Shown piece after piece: positions 29,027 through 38,061 of a stretch of 64,000 bases of DNA. This DNA is from Candidatus Binatia bacterium (GTDB lineage Bacteria; Desulfobacterota; Binatia; UBA9968; JAJDTQ01), in contig OY762897.2 of NCBI GenBank assembly GCA_963666515.2, positions 4,064,001 through 4,128,000 on the forward strand, written 5' to 3'. A program made the translations under genes and the position numbers. Numbering within the stretch: the stretch's first letter is position 1; each line of letters opens with the position of its first letter. The notes below the pieces were generated by a model, which did no database searches, was not told where the DNA came from, and saw only the letters and a list, made by a program, of their open reading frames with translations.

Positions 29027-29066
29027 ACACGAATACACGAATACACGAATATCTGTGCCTTGTCAA
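29027..29066 (-). promoter_or_regulatory. Promoter/operator of gene A: TTGACA -35 plus three tandem ACACGAAT repeats
   Basis: ACACGAAT x3 at 29027-29050; TGTCAA at 29061-29066; the -10 is non-consensus. Confidence 0.6.
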
Positions 29067-29243
29067 CTGGGGCCCAGGTCAGAGTAGGAAGGAAAGGATG
29101 TAGTCATCTTCGCATTCATATTGGGGAGGCTGACTCGCAGACGGTACCATGTTGGGTTTGCCTTTCATACGGGAGTGGTGTTCGAGGTACCTGGCCCAGC
29201 ACAGGTTGCTCGGTATCGCGGATCACCGCGTCTCCGTGGGGCA

Positions 29244-30335
29244 CTAATCCATTGTCCTCCAGCTTAACCTGGCCTTCAGGCCGTTCAGGTGCGTCCAGGG
29301 AAGAAGCCGTCGGTGCTGAAGCATGCCGACCACGATACCCGGGGCAATCCCCTGCTCATCGGCAAATTCCCGAACGGCCACTTCACTGAACAGCAGTGCG
29401 GCAATGAATTGCTCCCACGGACGTTGAGGGATCAGGATGTTGGATGCCCACTCATTCGCCTCTGCTTCCAACCCCGCGTCTTCTCCATAAACCTCGTCAA
29501 CAAAAATTTGTCTCTTGCTGTGAAGAAGAATATGCGCCGCTTCATGGAAGAAGCTAAACCATAAATGGTCATCGGACTTGTGGCGCGCACTTAGCTGAAT
29601 AACGGCCTTCCTTGGCGTGAGCCATTTGGCTGCACCGCTAACGGCGGTCTTTGGCAGTGGAGGTACTAGCGCAAGGGCAACGCCCGCCTCATTGCATAGC
29701 CTTTCAACCTGTTGCAGAGCCTCGCCCGTCGGCTCCCGCGTCAGCCCGCGGATACTCCGAACCGCATACCTAAACCGGCGTTCGTTGTATTCCGCACAAT
29801 GCTGGCGTTCGGCTTCGAGTTCACCGAGCCGAAGCCAAGTGACCAATGCCACCTTGTCGCTCTTGAAGCTTGGGGAGTGCCGAAAGGCGACGTTCGCGAG
29901 ACCATAGCGTCCGGTCCATGCGGCGATTGAACCGACGCCGAAGAACGCGAGTAACTTCGATACTGTATCGGTATCGGAGTCCGGGCGTTGGAAACAATCT
30001 CGCTTGACCAACTCCCGGACCGGAAAGGCCTTGGCCCAGTCCACCGCCGCAGCCGCGTCCTTGGCCTCAGCCTCCCGAGCCCTGCGAAGTTGATAGTCGG
30101 ACTCGATCCCAAGCCAGATGCTGGCATCAACGCCAAGCACCTTCTCGAACTGGAGTGCCGTTTCCGGTTCGAGCGGTGCCTTACCTGCGATGATCTCGCT
30201 GATCAGCTTGGGGGAGCGTCCGCACCTGCGTGCGAACTGGGCGTGCGAAATTCCTTGGACTTCCAGGCGCTCCTCAAGGAGCCATCCTGGCGGAACCGCA
30301 TAGTCCGGCTTGTATTGGTTGGTCGCCGTCGCCAT
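29244..30335 (-). CDS. HigA-family antitoxin fused to an ImmA/IrrE (M78) metallopeptidase domain
   Basis: PDYAVPPGWLL, Xre HTH, WFSFFHEAAH, EAEANEWA. Confidence 0.9.
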   Translation of the reverse strand: MATATNQYKPDYAVPPGWLLEERLEVQGISHAQFARRCGRSPKLISEIIAGKAPLEPETALQFEKVLGVDASIWLGIESDYQLRRAREAEAKDAAAAVDWAKAFPVRELVKRDCFQRPDSDTDTVSKLLAFFGVGSIAAWTGRYGLANVAFRHSPSFKSDKVALVTWLRLGELEAERQHCAEYNERRFRYAVRSIRGLTREPTGEALQQVERLCNEAGVALALVPPLPKTAVSGAAKWLTPRKAVIQLSARHKSDDHLWFSFFHEAAHILLHSKRQIFVDEVYGEDAGLEAEANEWASNILIPQRPWEQFIAALLFSEVAVREFADEQGIAPGIVVGMLQHRRLLPWTHLNGLKARLSWRTMD

Positions 30336-30347
30336 GTGTCTCCTCCC

Positions 30348-30683
30348 TTAGTGATAGTCGATCACGTCCAAGATCGTGATCGCGGTGACTTGTTGCGTGT
30401 CGATCCCTCCTTCGTCCTTACAAGGAGGTGGCTGGTGACTGGGTTCGAAAACGAGCCGATGGGGGTGAACGAGATCCACTGCGAATTGCCCCTCCCGAGC
30501 GCCGCTGAGCTGATGTCGTCTCTCCGGTCTGGTAGACGGTACCAAGGCCAGATTGCGGGCGGTCTTGAGAACCGCCATCCGCATCATGATGACCTTGGCC
30601 ATCTGCGCCCCATAGGTCTTCCGGAGCGCAGCCACCGTGTTGAAGGTCCTTTCGAGTTTGCGGGTACGGAAAGCGATGTCCAT
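30348..30683 (-). CDS. HigB/RelE-like toxin
   Basis: MDIAFRTRKL, PERRHQLSGAREGQFAVDLVHPHRLVFEP, IDYH; GTAACGTTAC palindrome at 30696-30705. Confidence 0.88.
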   Translation of the reverse strand: MDIAFRTRKLERTFNTVAALRKTYGAQMAKVIMMRMAVLKTARNLALVPSTRPERRHQLSGAREGQFAVDLVHPHRLVFEPSHQPPPCKDEGGIDTQQVTAITILDVIDYH

Positions 30684-30777
30684 TGACGTGACTCGGTAAC
30701 GTTACGCAATAGGTAACGTTTTTAGGAGCTGACGTCAAGTGGAGGAGACAGGAACGCGCAGGGAGCGGCAGTGACCG

Positions 30778-32280
30778 TCATCCTCGACCTGTCCGCTCAA
30801 ACCCATACGCTGCGCGATAAATCGTAATCTCGTCGAAGTGACGCCCCACCAGCATCATCCCCACCGGCCGGCCATCCTCGGTGGCGCCGCACGGCAGGGT
30901 GATGGCAGGGTGGCCGGTGACGTCGAAGGGGCCGGTGTTGGCCAGCATTTCGCTGGAGCGCCGGGAGCGCTCGGCGGCACCGGCGTCGGCAGCGGGCAGG
31001 GGAGTGGCGGCCATGGGCGTGGTGGGCATGAGCAGCAGGTCGTATTCGGAGAGGACCTCGTCGTAGGCCCGGCGTATGGTGCGGCGCAGGTGCTGCGCCT
31101 TGACGTAGTAGCGGCCGGGGTGGCGGCTGCGCACGAATCCGCCGAACAGGATCAGCGTCATCAGGCTTTCAGGAAGTTCACGCCAGCGCCGTCGCCAGGC
31201 GGCGAGTTGCTCGGCCGGGCCCGATGAGCCGAGACCTTCGGCGTCGTTCATGGCGCCGCAATAGCCCATGGAGTGGGCGAGGCTCTCCACGTAGATGGGT
31301 TGGGCCAGCAGCAAGGCCTGTTTGTGAACGGGCACCGAGACCTCCTCGATGTGGAGCCCTGCGCCGGCCAGACGCTCGGCCGCGGCTCGCACCCGCTCAT
31401 CCACTTCGGTTTCGGCGTTTCGCTGTCCGAAGCCCTCCTTCACCACCGCTACACGTAAGCCTTTGGCGCCGGCCCTGCGCGCCCTGGTGTATTTGACCGG
31501 TTGCCAGGAGCTTGGCTGGCGCGGGTCCATGCCGTCGCGTCCGGCGAGAACCTCCAGCAGCAGGGCGTTGGTCTCCACGTCCGGCGTCATGGGGCCGCAG
31601 TGGTCCAAGGTCGGGTCCACGCCCAGTATGCCGGTGTAGGGGACGAGCCCGTGGCTGGGCTTGAGCCCCACGATGCCGCACCAGGCCGCGGGCACCCGGA
31701 TGGAACCGGCCTGGTCGCAGCCCAGGGCCATGTCGGCGTCGCCCGAGGCCACGGCCACGGCGCTGCCGGACGACGAGCCGCCCGCGGAGTAGCCGGCCTT
31801 GTGCGGGTTGACGACCGGCCCGTTGGCGCAGGTATGGCTCCCGCCGGAAAGGGAGAGGTACTCGCAGTTGGTCTTGCCGATGATCTCGGCGCCGGCGTGG
31901 AGTGCCCGGGTGACCACGGTGGCGTCGACGTCGGGCACGTAGCCCTCCAGGAACGAGGCGCCGTTCATCGTCGGCAGTCCGGCCACGCAGATGGGGTCCT
32001 TCACCGCCAGGGTCTTGCCCGCGAGCCGCCCGCGGCACTCTTCCCGGATGGAGGTCTTGACGAACCAGGCGTTGTAGCGGTTGAGGTCCGGCTCCGGGCG
32101 GTGCCAGGAGCGCTGGCGCGCTGGCGGCGACGGGTCCGGCGCCGCGTCCACCATCGCATAGGCCAGGGAGAATACCGTCATGCGCTCCAGGTAGGCGGTC
32201 AACTCGTCGTCGGACAGGTCGATGCCGAGGTCGTCGGCCACGGCTCGCATCTGGTCGCGGGTGGGCGTTTCAAAGGGCAT
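30778..32280 (-). CDS. Amidase signature family amidase
   Basis: AVKD, AGGSSSGS, GCDQAGSIRVPA, GLKPS.G. Confidence 0.93.
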   Translation of the reverse strand: MPFETPTRDQMRAVADDLGIDLSDDELTAYLERMTVFSLAYAMVDAAPDPSPPARQRSWHRPEPDLNRYNAWFVKTSIREECRGRLAGKTLAVKDPICVAGLPTMNGASFLEGYVPDVDATVVTRALHAGAEIIGKTNCEYLSLSGGSHTCANGPVVNPHKAGYSAGGSSSGSAVAVASGDADMALGCDQAGSIRVPAAWCGIVGLKPSHGLVPYTGILGVDPTLDHCGPMTPDVETNALLLEVLAGRDGMDPRQPSSWQPVKYTRARRAGAKGLRVAVVKEGFGQRNAETEVDERVRAAAERLAGAGLHIEEVSVPVHKQALLLAQPIYVESLAHSMGYCGAMNDAEGLGSSGPAEQLAAWRRRWRELPESLMTLILFGGFVRSRHPGRYYVKAQHLRRTIRRAYDEVLSEYDLLLMPTTPMAATPLPAADAGAAERSRRSSEMLANTGPFDVTGHPAITLPCGATEDGRPVGMMLVGRHFDEITIYRAAYGFERTGRG

Positions 32281-32310
32281 GGATCGGGGTCCCAGGCGGG
32301 CCGGCGGGCG

Positions 32311-33273
32311 TCAGCTTCCGGGAATGGGTTCCGACGCGTACAGCTCGTCGATGAAGCCCGAGTCGTCCAGGTCCCGGAGGTAGTGCATGTCCCACAGCGA
32401 CATGGGACTCAGCTCTTCCGCCTTGGGGGCGTCCATGCAGCACAGCTTGTAGGCGTTGGTGACGCCCCGGATGTCCGGGTAGGGCTTGGAGGCGAGCTTG
32501 GTGACGCTGTTGTAGCGTCCTCCGGACGCGGGGATGCGCTCCTTGAGATCGGCCAACATGGCCTCGGTCTCTTCCCGGTGCGTCTTGGCGTAGTGGATCC
32601 CCATGACCATGGCCTTCACCAGCCGCTCGCCCAGCCCCGGCCGCTCGCGCAGCACGTTCATGCCGGTGGTGATGGTGGGGCCGTTGATCATGGGCAGGGG
32701 TTCCAGCGGCAGCACGTGCAGGCCGGCCTGTTCGTAGACCTCGGTGTTGCCGGTCACCAGCGCCGCGTCGATCTCACCGGCCTCGAAGGCGCCCGGCAGC
32801 ACGTCGCGCAGTGCATGCGTGTCTTCCGCCAAGTGGACCCACTCGACGTCGTCCAGCTCCAGCTCCGCCCGCATGATGTACAGCATGTGGTTGCCGCGGG
32901 GGTGGTGGTAGCCGCCCGCGGAGTCGCGGATGGCGGTGTCGCCGAGCCGGCCGCCCTCTATCTCGGCCAGGGACTGGACCGGCTTCCGGGAGATCAGGCG
33001 GTCGTTGACGCTGTTTCCGGGCGAGGCAATGGAGACGATGGGTTTCCCTTCCGCCACCAGCGCGTAGGGCGAGATGTGGTTGCCGGACACGAAGTCGATC
33101 TCGCCGGCGAAAAGCGCCTTCTCGGTGGTGGCCGAGCTGTTGCAGAACTCGAAGCTCGTGACCTCGATGCCGACCTCCCGCCATATCCCCGCCTTGTCGA
33201 GCACCTCCCAGATGGGCAGGTGGGTGGGGGAGCGGTAGATGCCGCGGATGCGGATGGGTTCGGGGTTGCTCAT
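32311..33273 (-). CDS. NMT1/SsuA-like substrate-binding-fold protein
   Basis: LPIWEVLDKAGIW, ALFAGEIDF, GEIDAALV, LDDSGFIDELY; ATGA-coupled to the aldolase gene; no obvious signal peptide. Confidence 0.72.
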   Translation of the reverse strand: MSNPEPIRIRGIYRSPTHLPIWEVLDKAGIWREVGIEVTSFEFCNSSATTEKALFAGEIDFVSGNHISPYALVAEGKPIVSIASPGNSVNDRLISRKPVQSLAEIEGGRLGDTAIRDSAGGYHHPRGNHMLYIMRAELELDDVEWVHLAEDTHALRDVLPGAFEAGEIDAALVTGNTEVYEQAGLHVLPLEPLPMINGPTITTGMNVLRERPGLGERLVKAMVMGIHYAKTHREETEAMLADLKERIPASGGRYNSVTKLASKPYPDIRGVTNAYKLCCMDAPKAEELSPMSLWDMHYLRDLDDSGFIDELYASEPIPGS

Positions 33274-34004
33274 CGGTGTGGTTCCTCCTCGCCCGCCAGC
33301 GTCCGGTAGTAGCGCCACGACGACTCGGTGGCGTTGCCGCGCTTGCGCTTGGTGCGGGTGATGACGGCGATTTCTTCGTCGGGGATGGGGTGGGGCGTTC
33401 CCAGCAGCGCGGCGCGGTAGTTCATCTCGGCCAGCTCGTTGAGCTTGATGGCGGTGATGGTGGCTTCCTCCACGGTGGCGCCGGCGGTGGTGATGCCGTG
33501 GCTGCGCATGAGGCATGCGGGCTTGTCGCCCATGACGCCGGCGAACTCCCGGCCCAGTTCGTCGTTGGACACGGTGATGCTGCGCTCGTACTCCGGAATG
33601 CCCTGCATCAGCAGCCGGATGCTGGTGGGGTCGTAGGCGCCGTAGATGGGCAGCAGCGGCTTCCGGCAGATGGTGAAGAGCACGACCGTGGCCGGGTGGA
33701 TGTGGATGACGCTGTTGACGTCGTCGCGGGTGCGGTAGAGCCAACTGTGGATGTAGACCTCCTGGGGAGGGTCGAGGTCGTCCGATCCTTCGATCTTCCT
33801 GCCGTCCAGGTCCACCAGGATCACGTCGCCCGGCGCGGTGTACCGAACCCCGGTCTCGGCCGGGCCTCGGGCACGGATGAGGAAGGTATCAGTGCCCGGC
33901 ACTCGCGCGCTCACGTGGCCGCTGGTGCTCTTGGTGAGGTCGAGCTTGCCCAGTATCCGCGAGGAGAGGGCCACCCGTTCGCGCTGCTCTTGCAACCGGT
34001 CCAT
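33270..34004 (-). CDS. Class II aldolase/adducin family protein (possible decarboxylase)
   Basis: SGHVSAR, EVYIHSWLY, VIHIHP, LMRSHGI. Confidence 0.88.
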   Translation of the reverse strand: MDRLQEQRERVALSSRILGKLDLTKSTSGHVSARVPGTDTFLIRARGPAETGVRYTAPGDVILVDLDGRKIEGSDDLDPPQEVYIHSWLYRTRDDVNSVIHIHPATVVLFTICRKPLLPIYGAYDPTSIRLLMQGIPEYERSITVSNDELGREFAGVMGDKPACLMRSHGITTAGATVEEATITAIKLNELAEMNYRAALLGTPHPIPDEEIAVITRTKRKRGNATESSWRYYRTLAGEEEPHR

Positions 34005-34051
34005 GGATGCAGTGTCGAGGGTCCGGTTTTGCGTGTCAAGCGGACCCGGCA

Positions 34052-34075
34052 GGCGGGTCTGAAACCCGCTCCTAC
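34052..34075 (-). repeat. GTAG-type REP overlapping the Rieske gene stop codon
   Basis: Minus strand GTAGGAGCGGGTTTCAGACCCGCC; related degenerate copy near 52208. Confidence 0.6.
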
Positions 34076-35250
34076 CGGCCTGCCGCGGCGGCGTTGCGCA
34101 GCCGCTTCTGCGTCTCGGGACCCACCAGGGACTCGGCCAGCCGGGTGTCGAGCATCTCGTTCTCGGCCGGGTCGCGGACCACGCCCTTGGGGTCCAACCC
34201 CTGCTCGACCCGGTCCATCTCCCGGTTCATCAGCTCCCGCAGCATGACGATGCCGCGGTCGGAGGTGGCCAGGCGCTCGGTGGTGCGGTCGGCGATGGGC
34301 CCCTGGGTCTCCCAGGCCATGTGGTCCTGGCACTGGACCTCGTTCAGGCGGAAGCGGGTGAAGGGGTGGATCTGGTCCGGCGGGTCCTTGTAAGGGGCGA
34401 TGTACTCCACCTCGGGCTCCGCCTCGCCATCCTCGATGCGGCCGTCCTCGTTCCTGAAGAAGCGGACGAAGAATATCCTGGTGTGAGTGTCGTCCATGGG
34501 CACCCGGATCTGGGTGGCGTTGGCTTGGCGGAGGATGTTGGGGAAGATCAGCGGGTGCTCGTCGGCGTGGCCGCTGGTGTAGACGCGGTGCTTCATGATG
34601 CCGTGCTCGAACTCGTAGAAGTCGAAGCTGGCCACGTCGTCGGTGAAGCCCCGGGTCACGTTCACCGGGGTCCGGTGCTTGAGGGAGGTGTCCTGGTGGA
34701 GTATCTGGAGGTGCGCCGGGTCCACCGAGTTCTCCATGGCCTGGAACCAGTTGCAGTCGAGTTGCGGCTGCACGAATATCTTCCGCTTGCCGTCCTGGCG
34801 CGCCCACACGTCGTAGTTGGGGATCAACGGCTGCGGCTGCGGCCCCATGTAGGTCCAGTAGAGCCCGATGAAGCGCTGCACCGGATAGGCCTTTTGCTTG
34901 ACCGTCAGGCAGAACTTGCTTTCGCTGGGCTCGGCCGGGGTTTCCAGGCAGTTGCCGTTCACGTCGTAGAGCCAGCCGTGGTAGGCGCAGGCGAGCCCGC
35001 GTTCCTCGACCCGGCCGTAGGAGAGCGACACGCCCCTGTGGGCGCAGCGGTCGTCGATGAGCCCGACCCGTCCGGTGGTGTCGCGGAACAGCACCAGGTT
35101 CTCGCCCAGGATGCGCACGAACTGGACGGGGTTCTCCTCGGTCAGTTCCGCGGCCACGGCTACGGGCAGCCAGTAGCGCCGCAGCAGCTCGCCCGCCGGC
35201 GTCCCCGGACCCACGCGGGTCAGGCGGTCATTCTGTTCCTGTGTCAACAT
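34072..35250 (-). CDS. Rieske non-heme iron oxygenase alpha subunit
   Basis: MLTQEQNDRLTRVGPGTP, CAHRG..CAYHGW, ENSVDPAHLQILH, QDHMAWE. Confidence 0.9.
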   Translation of the reverse strand: MLTQEQNDRLTRVGPGTPAGELLRRYWLPVAVAAELTEENPVQFVRILGENLVLFRDTTGRVGLIDDRCAHRGVSLSYGRVEERGLACAYHGWLYDVNGNCLETPAEPSESKFCLTVKQKAYPVQRFIGLYWTYMGPQPQPLIPNYDVWARQDGKRKIFVQPQLDCNWFQAMENSVDPAHLQILHQDTSLKHRTPVNVTRGFTDDVASFDFYEFEHGIMKHRVYTSGHADEHPLIFPNILRQANATQIRVPMDDTHTRIFFVRFFRNEDGRIEDGEAEPEVEYIAPYKDPPDQIHPFTRFRLNEVQCQDHMAWETQGPIADRTTERLATSDRGIVMLRELMNREMDRVEQGLDPKGVVRDPAENEMLDTRLAESLVGPETQKRLRNAAAAGR

Positions 35251-35270
35251 GGCGCAACTCCTCTGTCCCC

Positions 35271-36416
35271 TCAGAAGGGGCACGGCACTTGGTGCTCCAG
35301 GCGGACCTCCCGGCGTTCCTTCGATGATTGCAGCATGGCCAGGCACACCTCCAGGCTGGCCTTGCCCCAGGTCCCGTCCGGGAAGACCGGGCGTTCCTCG
35401 ATCAAGCCCGCGCGCAGTTCGATCAGCTCGGTGGCGCGTCCGTAGCGCGGCCCGCAGGCGACCTCTTCCCGGCCGTCCTGGGTGTACACGTAGAGCCCGT
35501 CGGGGGACTGGCGGATGGCCCCCCGCTCGCAGCTCACGATGGTAAGCCCGAAGAAGGGCTGGTGCATCCGGTCCTCGGACGCGGCCTGCCTGGCGGCGAG
35601 CTTGTATTTCTCCTGCGCGGCGATGGGGCCGGCGAGCCGTTCCCCCTTGGCTTTCCGCTGCACCAGGTAGCCGCCCTCGCCGATGTCCCAGGTCAGTTCG
35701 GTCACGTCGAAATAGCCGTAGCCGTTGAAGCTCATGCTGGCAACCGTGCCGTCCTCGAACTCCAGCATGGCCGCGAAGTTCCCCTCGGTGTCGAAGTTGG
35801 GGTCCCAGCGCCCGGTGACCGCGCGCACGCTCTTGACCAGCCCGCCGCCCAGGCACCGGACGATGTCGGTCTGGTGCGGGCCCTGGCGGTACACCAGTCC
35901 GCCGCCCTGCTCGGTGTCCACCTCGGAGGCGATGCGCGGCCGCTGGAGCCAGTTGTTGTAGTTCATGGTCTGGATGTGGATGACCCGGCCCAGCCGTCCC
36001 GAACTGATGATCTCGCGCATGCGCCGCACCGGCGGATCGTACACCTTGGAGTGGCCCTGCAGCAGCTTGACCCCGTTGCGCGCCGCCGCGCTCACCATGC
36101 GGTCCGCTTCTTCCAGGGTCACCGCCATGGGCTTCTCGGTGATGACGTGCTTGCCGTGCTCCGCCGCCGTCACCGTGTGCTCGGCGTGGAACACGTTGGG
36201 GGTGGCGATCCACACCGCGTCCACCGCATCGCTCCGGCACAGCGCCTCCACGTCGTCGAACACCGTGCCGCCGTACTTCCCCGTGAACTCGTCCAGCGCC
36301 TCGGGACGGATGTCCGCTCCCGCTGCCAGCTCCACGCCTTGGGCCTTGTGGATCACCGATAGTATCTGGCGGGAGGCGGCGCCGAGTCCGGCGATGCCGA
36401 GCCTGAGCGGTTTCAA
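35271..36416 (-). CDS. Gfo/Idh/MocA oxidoreductase, cis-dihydrodiol dehydrogenase-like
   Basis: [33 protein letters not shown]; paralogue of 15430-16614; TTG start overlaps the pgi stop. Confidence 0.85.
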   Translation of the reverse strand: MKPLRLGIAGLGAASRQILSVIHKAQGVELAAGADIRPEALDEFTGKYGGTVFDDVEALCRSDAVDAVWIATPNVFHAEHTVTAAEHGKHVITEKPMAVTLEEADRMVSAAARNGVKLLQGHSKVYDPPVRRMREIISSGRLGRVIHIQTMNYNNWLQRPRIASEVDTEQGGGLVYRQGPHQTDIVRCLGGGLVKSVRAVTGRWDPNFDTEGNFAAMLEFEDGTVASMSFNGYGYFDVTELTWDIGEGGYLVQRKAKGERLAGPIAAQEKYKLAARQAASEDRMHQPFFGLTIVSCERGAIRQSPDGLYVYTQDGREEVACGPRYGRATELIELRAGLIEERPVFPDGTWGKASLEVCLAMLQSSKERREVRLEHQVPCPF

Positions 36417-38047
36417 CGCGGGCCTCGCAACTGGCGGTAGCGCCGGATCAGCGCGTTGGTGGAGCTGTCGTGGTCGAGTTCCGGCGCTTCCGCGCTTTCC
36501 AGCTCAGGGACGATGCGCTGGGCCAGGGCCTTGCCCAGCTCCACGCCCCACTGGTCGAAGGAGTTGATGCCCCAGATGGAGCCCTGGACGAACACCTTGT
36601 GCTCGTAGAGGCCGATGATCTTGCCAAACGTTTCCGGCGTGAGCCGCTCCGCCAGGATGGTGTTGGTGGGGCGGTTGCCCTCGAAGGTCCGGTGCGGCAC
36701 CTGGAAGGCCTCCATGCCCTCGGCCGCGGCTTCGTCCGCGGTCTTGCCGAAGGCCAGCGCCTCGGTCTGGGCGAACAGGTTCGCCATCAACAGGTCGTGG
36801 TGGTTCCCCAGCGGGTTCAGGGTCCGGCAGAAGCCGATGAAGTCGCACGGGATCAGCTTCGTGCCCTGGTGGATCAACTGGTAGTAGGCGTGCTGTCCGT
36901 TGGTGCCGGGCTGTCCCCAGATGATCGGGCCGGTCTGGTAGTCCACGGCCTCGCCGTCCAGGGTGACGTGCTTGCCGTTGCTCTCCATGTCGAGCTGCTG
37001 GCAGTAGGCGCTCAGGCGCCACAGGTACTGGTCGTAGGGCAGGATGGAATGGGTCTCGGCGCCGAAGAAGTTGTTGTACCAGATGCCCAGGAGGCCCAGC
37101 AGCACCGGCAGGTTGCGTCCGAAGGGGGCGGTGCGGAAGTGCTCGTCCATGGCGTGGAGGCCGCCGAGCATGGCCCGGAAGTTGTCCGGGCCGACCGCGA
37201 TCATCAGCGACAGGCCGATGGCGGAATCGTAGGAATAGCGACCCCCGACCCAGTCCCAGAAGCCGAACATGTTGTCGGTGTCGATGCCGAAGCGCCGCAC
37301 TTCGTCGTGGTTGGTGGACACCGCCACGAAGTGGCGGGCCACGGCGGCTTCGTCCTTGAGCGCGGCCAGGCACCACTCCCGCGCCGTGTGGGCGTTCTTC
37401 AGGGTCTCCAGGGTGGTGAAGGTCTTGGAGCTTACGATGAACAGGGTCTCGGCCGGGTCCAGGTCCTGGGTGGTCTCGGCGAAGTCGGTGCCGTCCACGT
37501 TGGAGACGAAGCCCAGGCTGAGGGAGCGGTCGCTGTAGTGCCGCAGTGCCTCGCAGGCCATCACCGGCCCGAGGTCCGAGCCGCCGATGCCGATGTTGAC
37601 CACGTTGCGGATGCGCTTGCCGGTGTACCCTTTCCATTCGCCCGAGCGGACCCGGTTCGCGAAGGCCGACATGCGGTCGAGCACCGCGTGCACCTCGGGG
37701 ACGACATCCTCGCCGTCCACCAGGATCTTCCGGTCACGCGGCGCCCGTAGCGCCACATGCAGCACCGGCCGTCCCTCGGTGACGTTGATGCGCTCTCCGC
37801 CGAACATGGCGTCGATGCGTTCCCGTAGCCCGGTGGCCCGCGCCAACTCCAGGAGCAGCCTCAGGGTCTCGTTGGTGACGCGGTTCTTGGAGTAGTCGAG
37901 ATAGAGCCCCGCGCCCTCCACGGCGAAGCGCTCCCCGCGCGTCGCGTCCTCGGCGAACAGCGTGCGCAGGTGCACGTCCTTGATCTTGTGGTAGTGCTCG
38001 GCGAGGTCCCGCCACGCCGGCAGCTCGGTCAGGCGATGGGTGGCGAT
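36413..38047 (-). CDS. pgi: Glucose-6-phosphate isomerase (probable ATC start at 38047)
   Basis: [47 protein letters not shown]; similarity continues upstream of the GTG at 37975. Confidence 0.95.
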   Translation of the reverse strand: MATHRLTELPAWRDLAEHYHKIKDVHLRTLFAEDATRGERFAVEGAGLYLDYSKNRVTNETLRLLLELARATGLRERIDAMFGGERINVTEGRPVLHVALRAPRDRKILVDGEDVVPEVHAVLDRMSAFANRVRSGEWKGYTGKRIRNVVNIGIGGSDLGPVMACEALRHYSDRSLSLGFVSNVDGTDFAETTQDLDPAETLFIVSSKTFTTLETLKNAHTAREWCLAALKDEAAVARHFVAVSTNHDEVRRFGIDTDNMFGFWDWVGGRYSYDSAIGLSLMIAVGPDNFRAMLGGLHAMDEHFRTAPFGRNLPVLLGLLGIWYNNFFGAETHSILPYDQYLWRLSAYCQQLDMESNGKHVTLDGEAVDYQTGPIIWGQPGTNGQHAYYQLIHQGTKLIPCDFIGFCRTLNPLGNHHDLLMANLFAQTEALAFGKTADEAAAEGMEAFQVPHRTFEGNRPTNTILAERLTPETFGKIIGLYEHKVFVQGSIWGINSFDQWGVELGKALAQRIVPELESAEAPELDHDSSTNALIRRYRQLRGPR

Positions 38048-38061
38048 GGCGGCTCCTCCTC

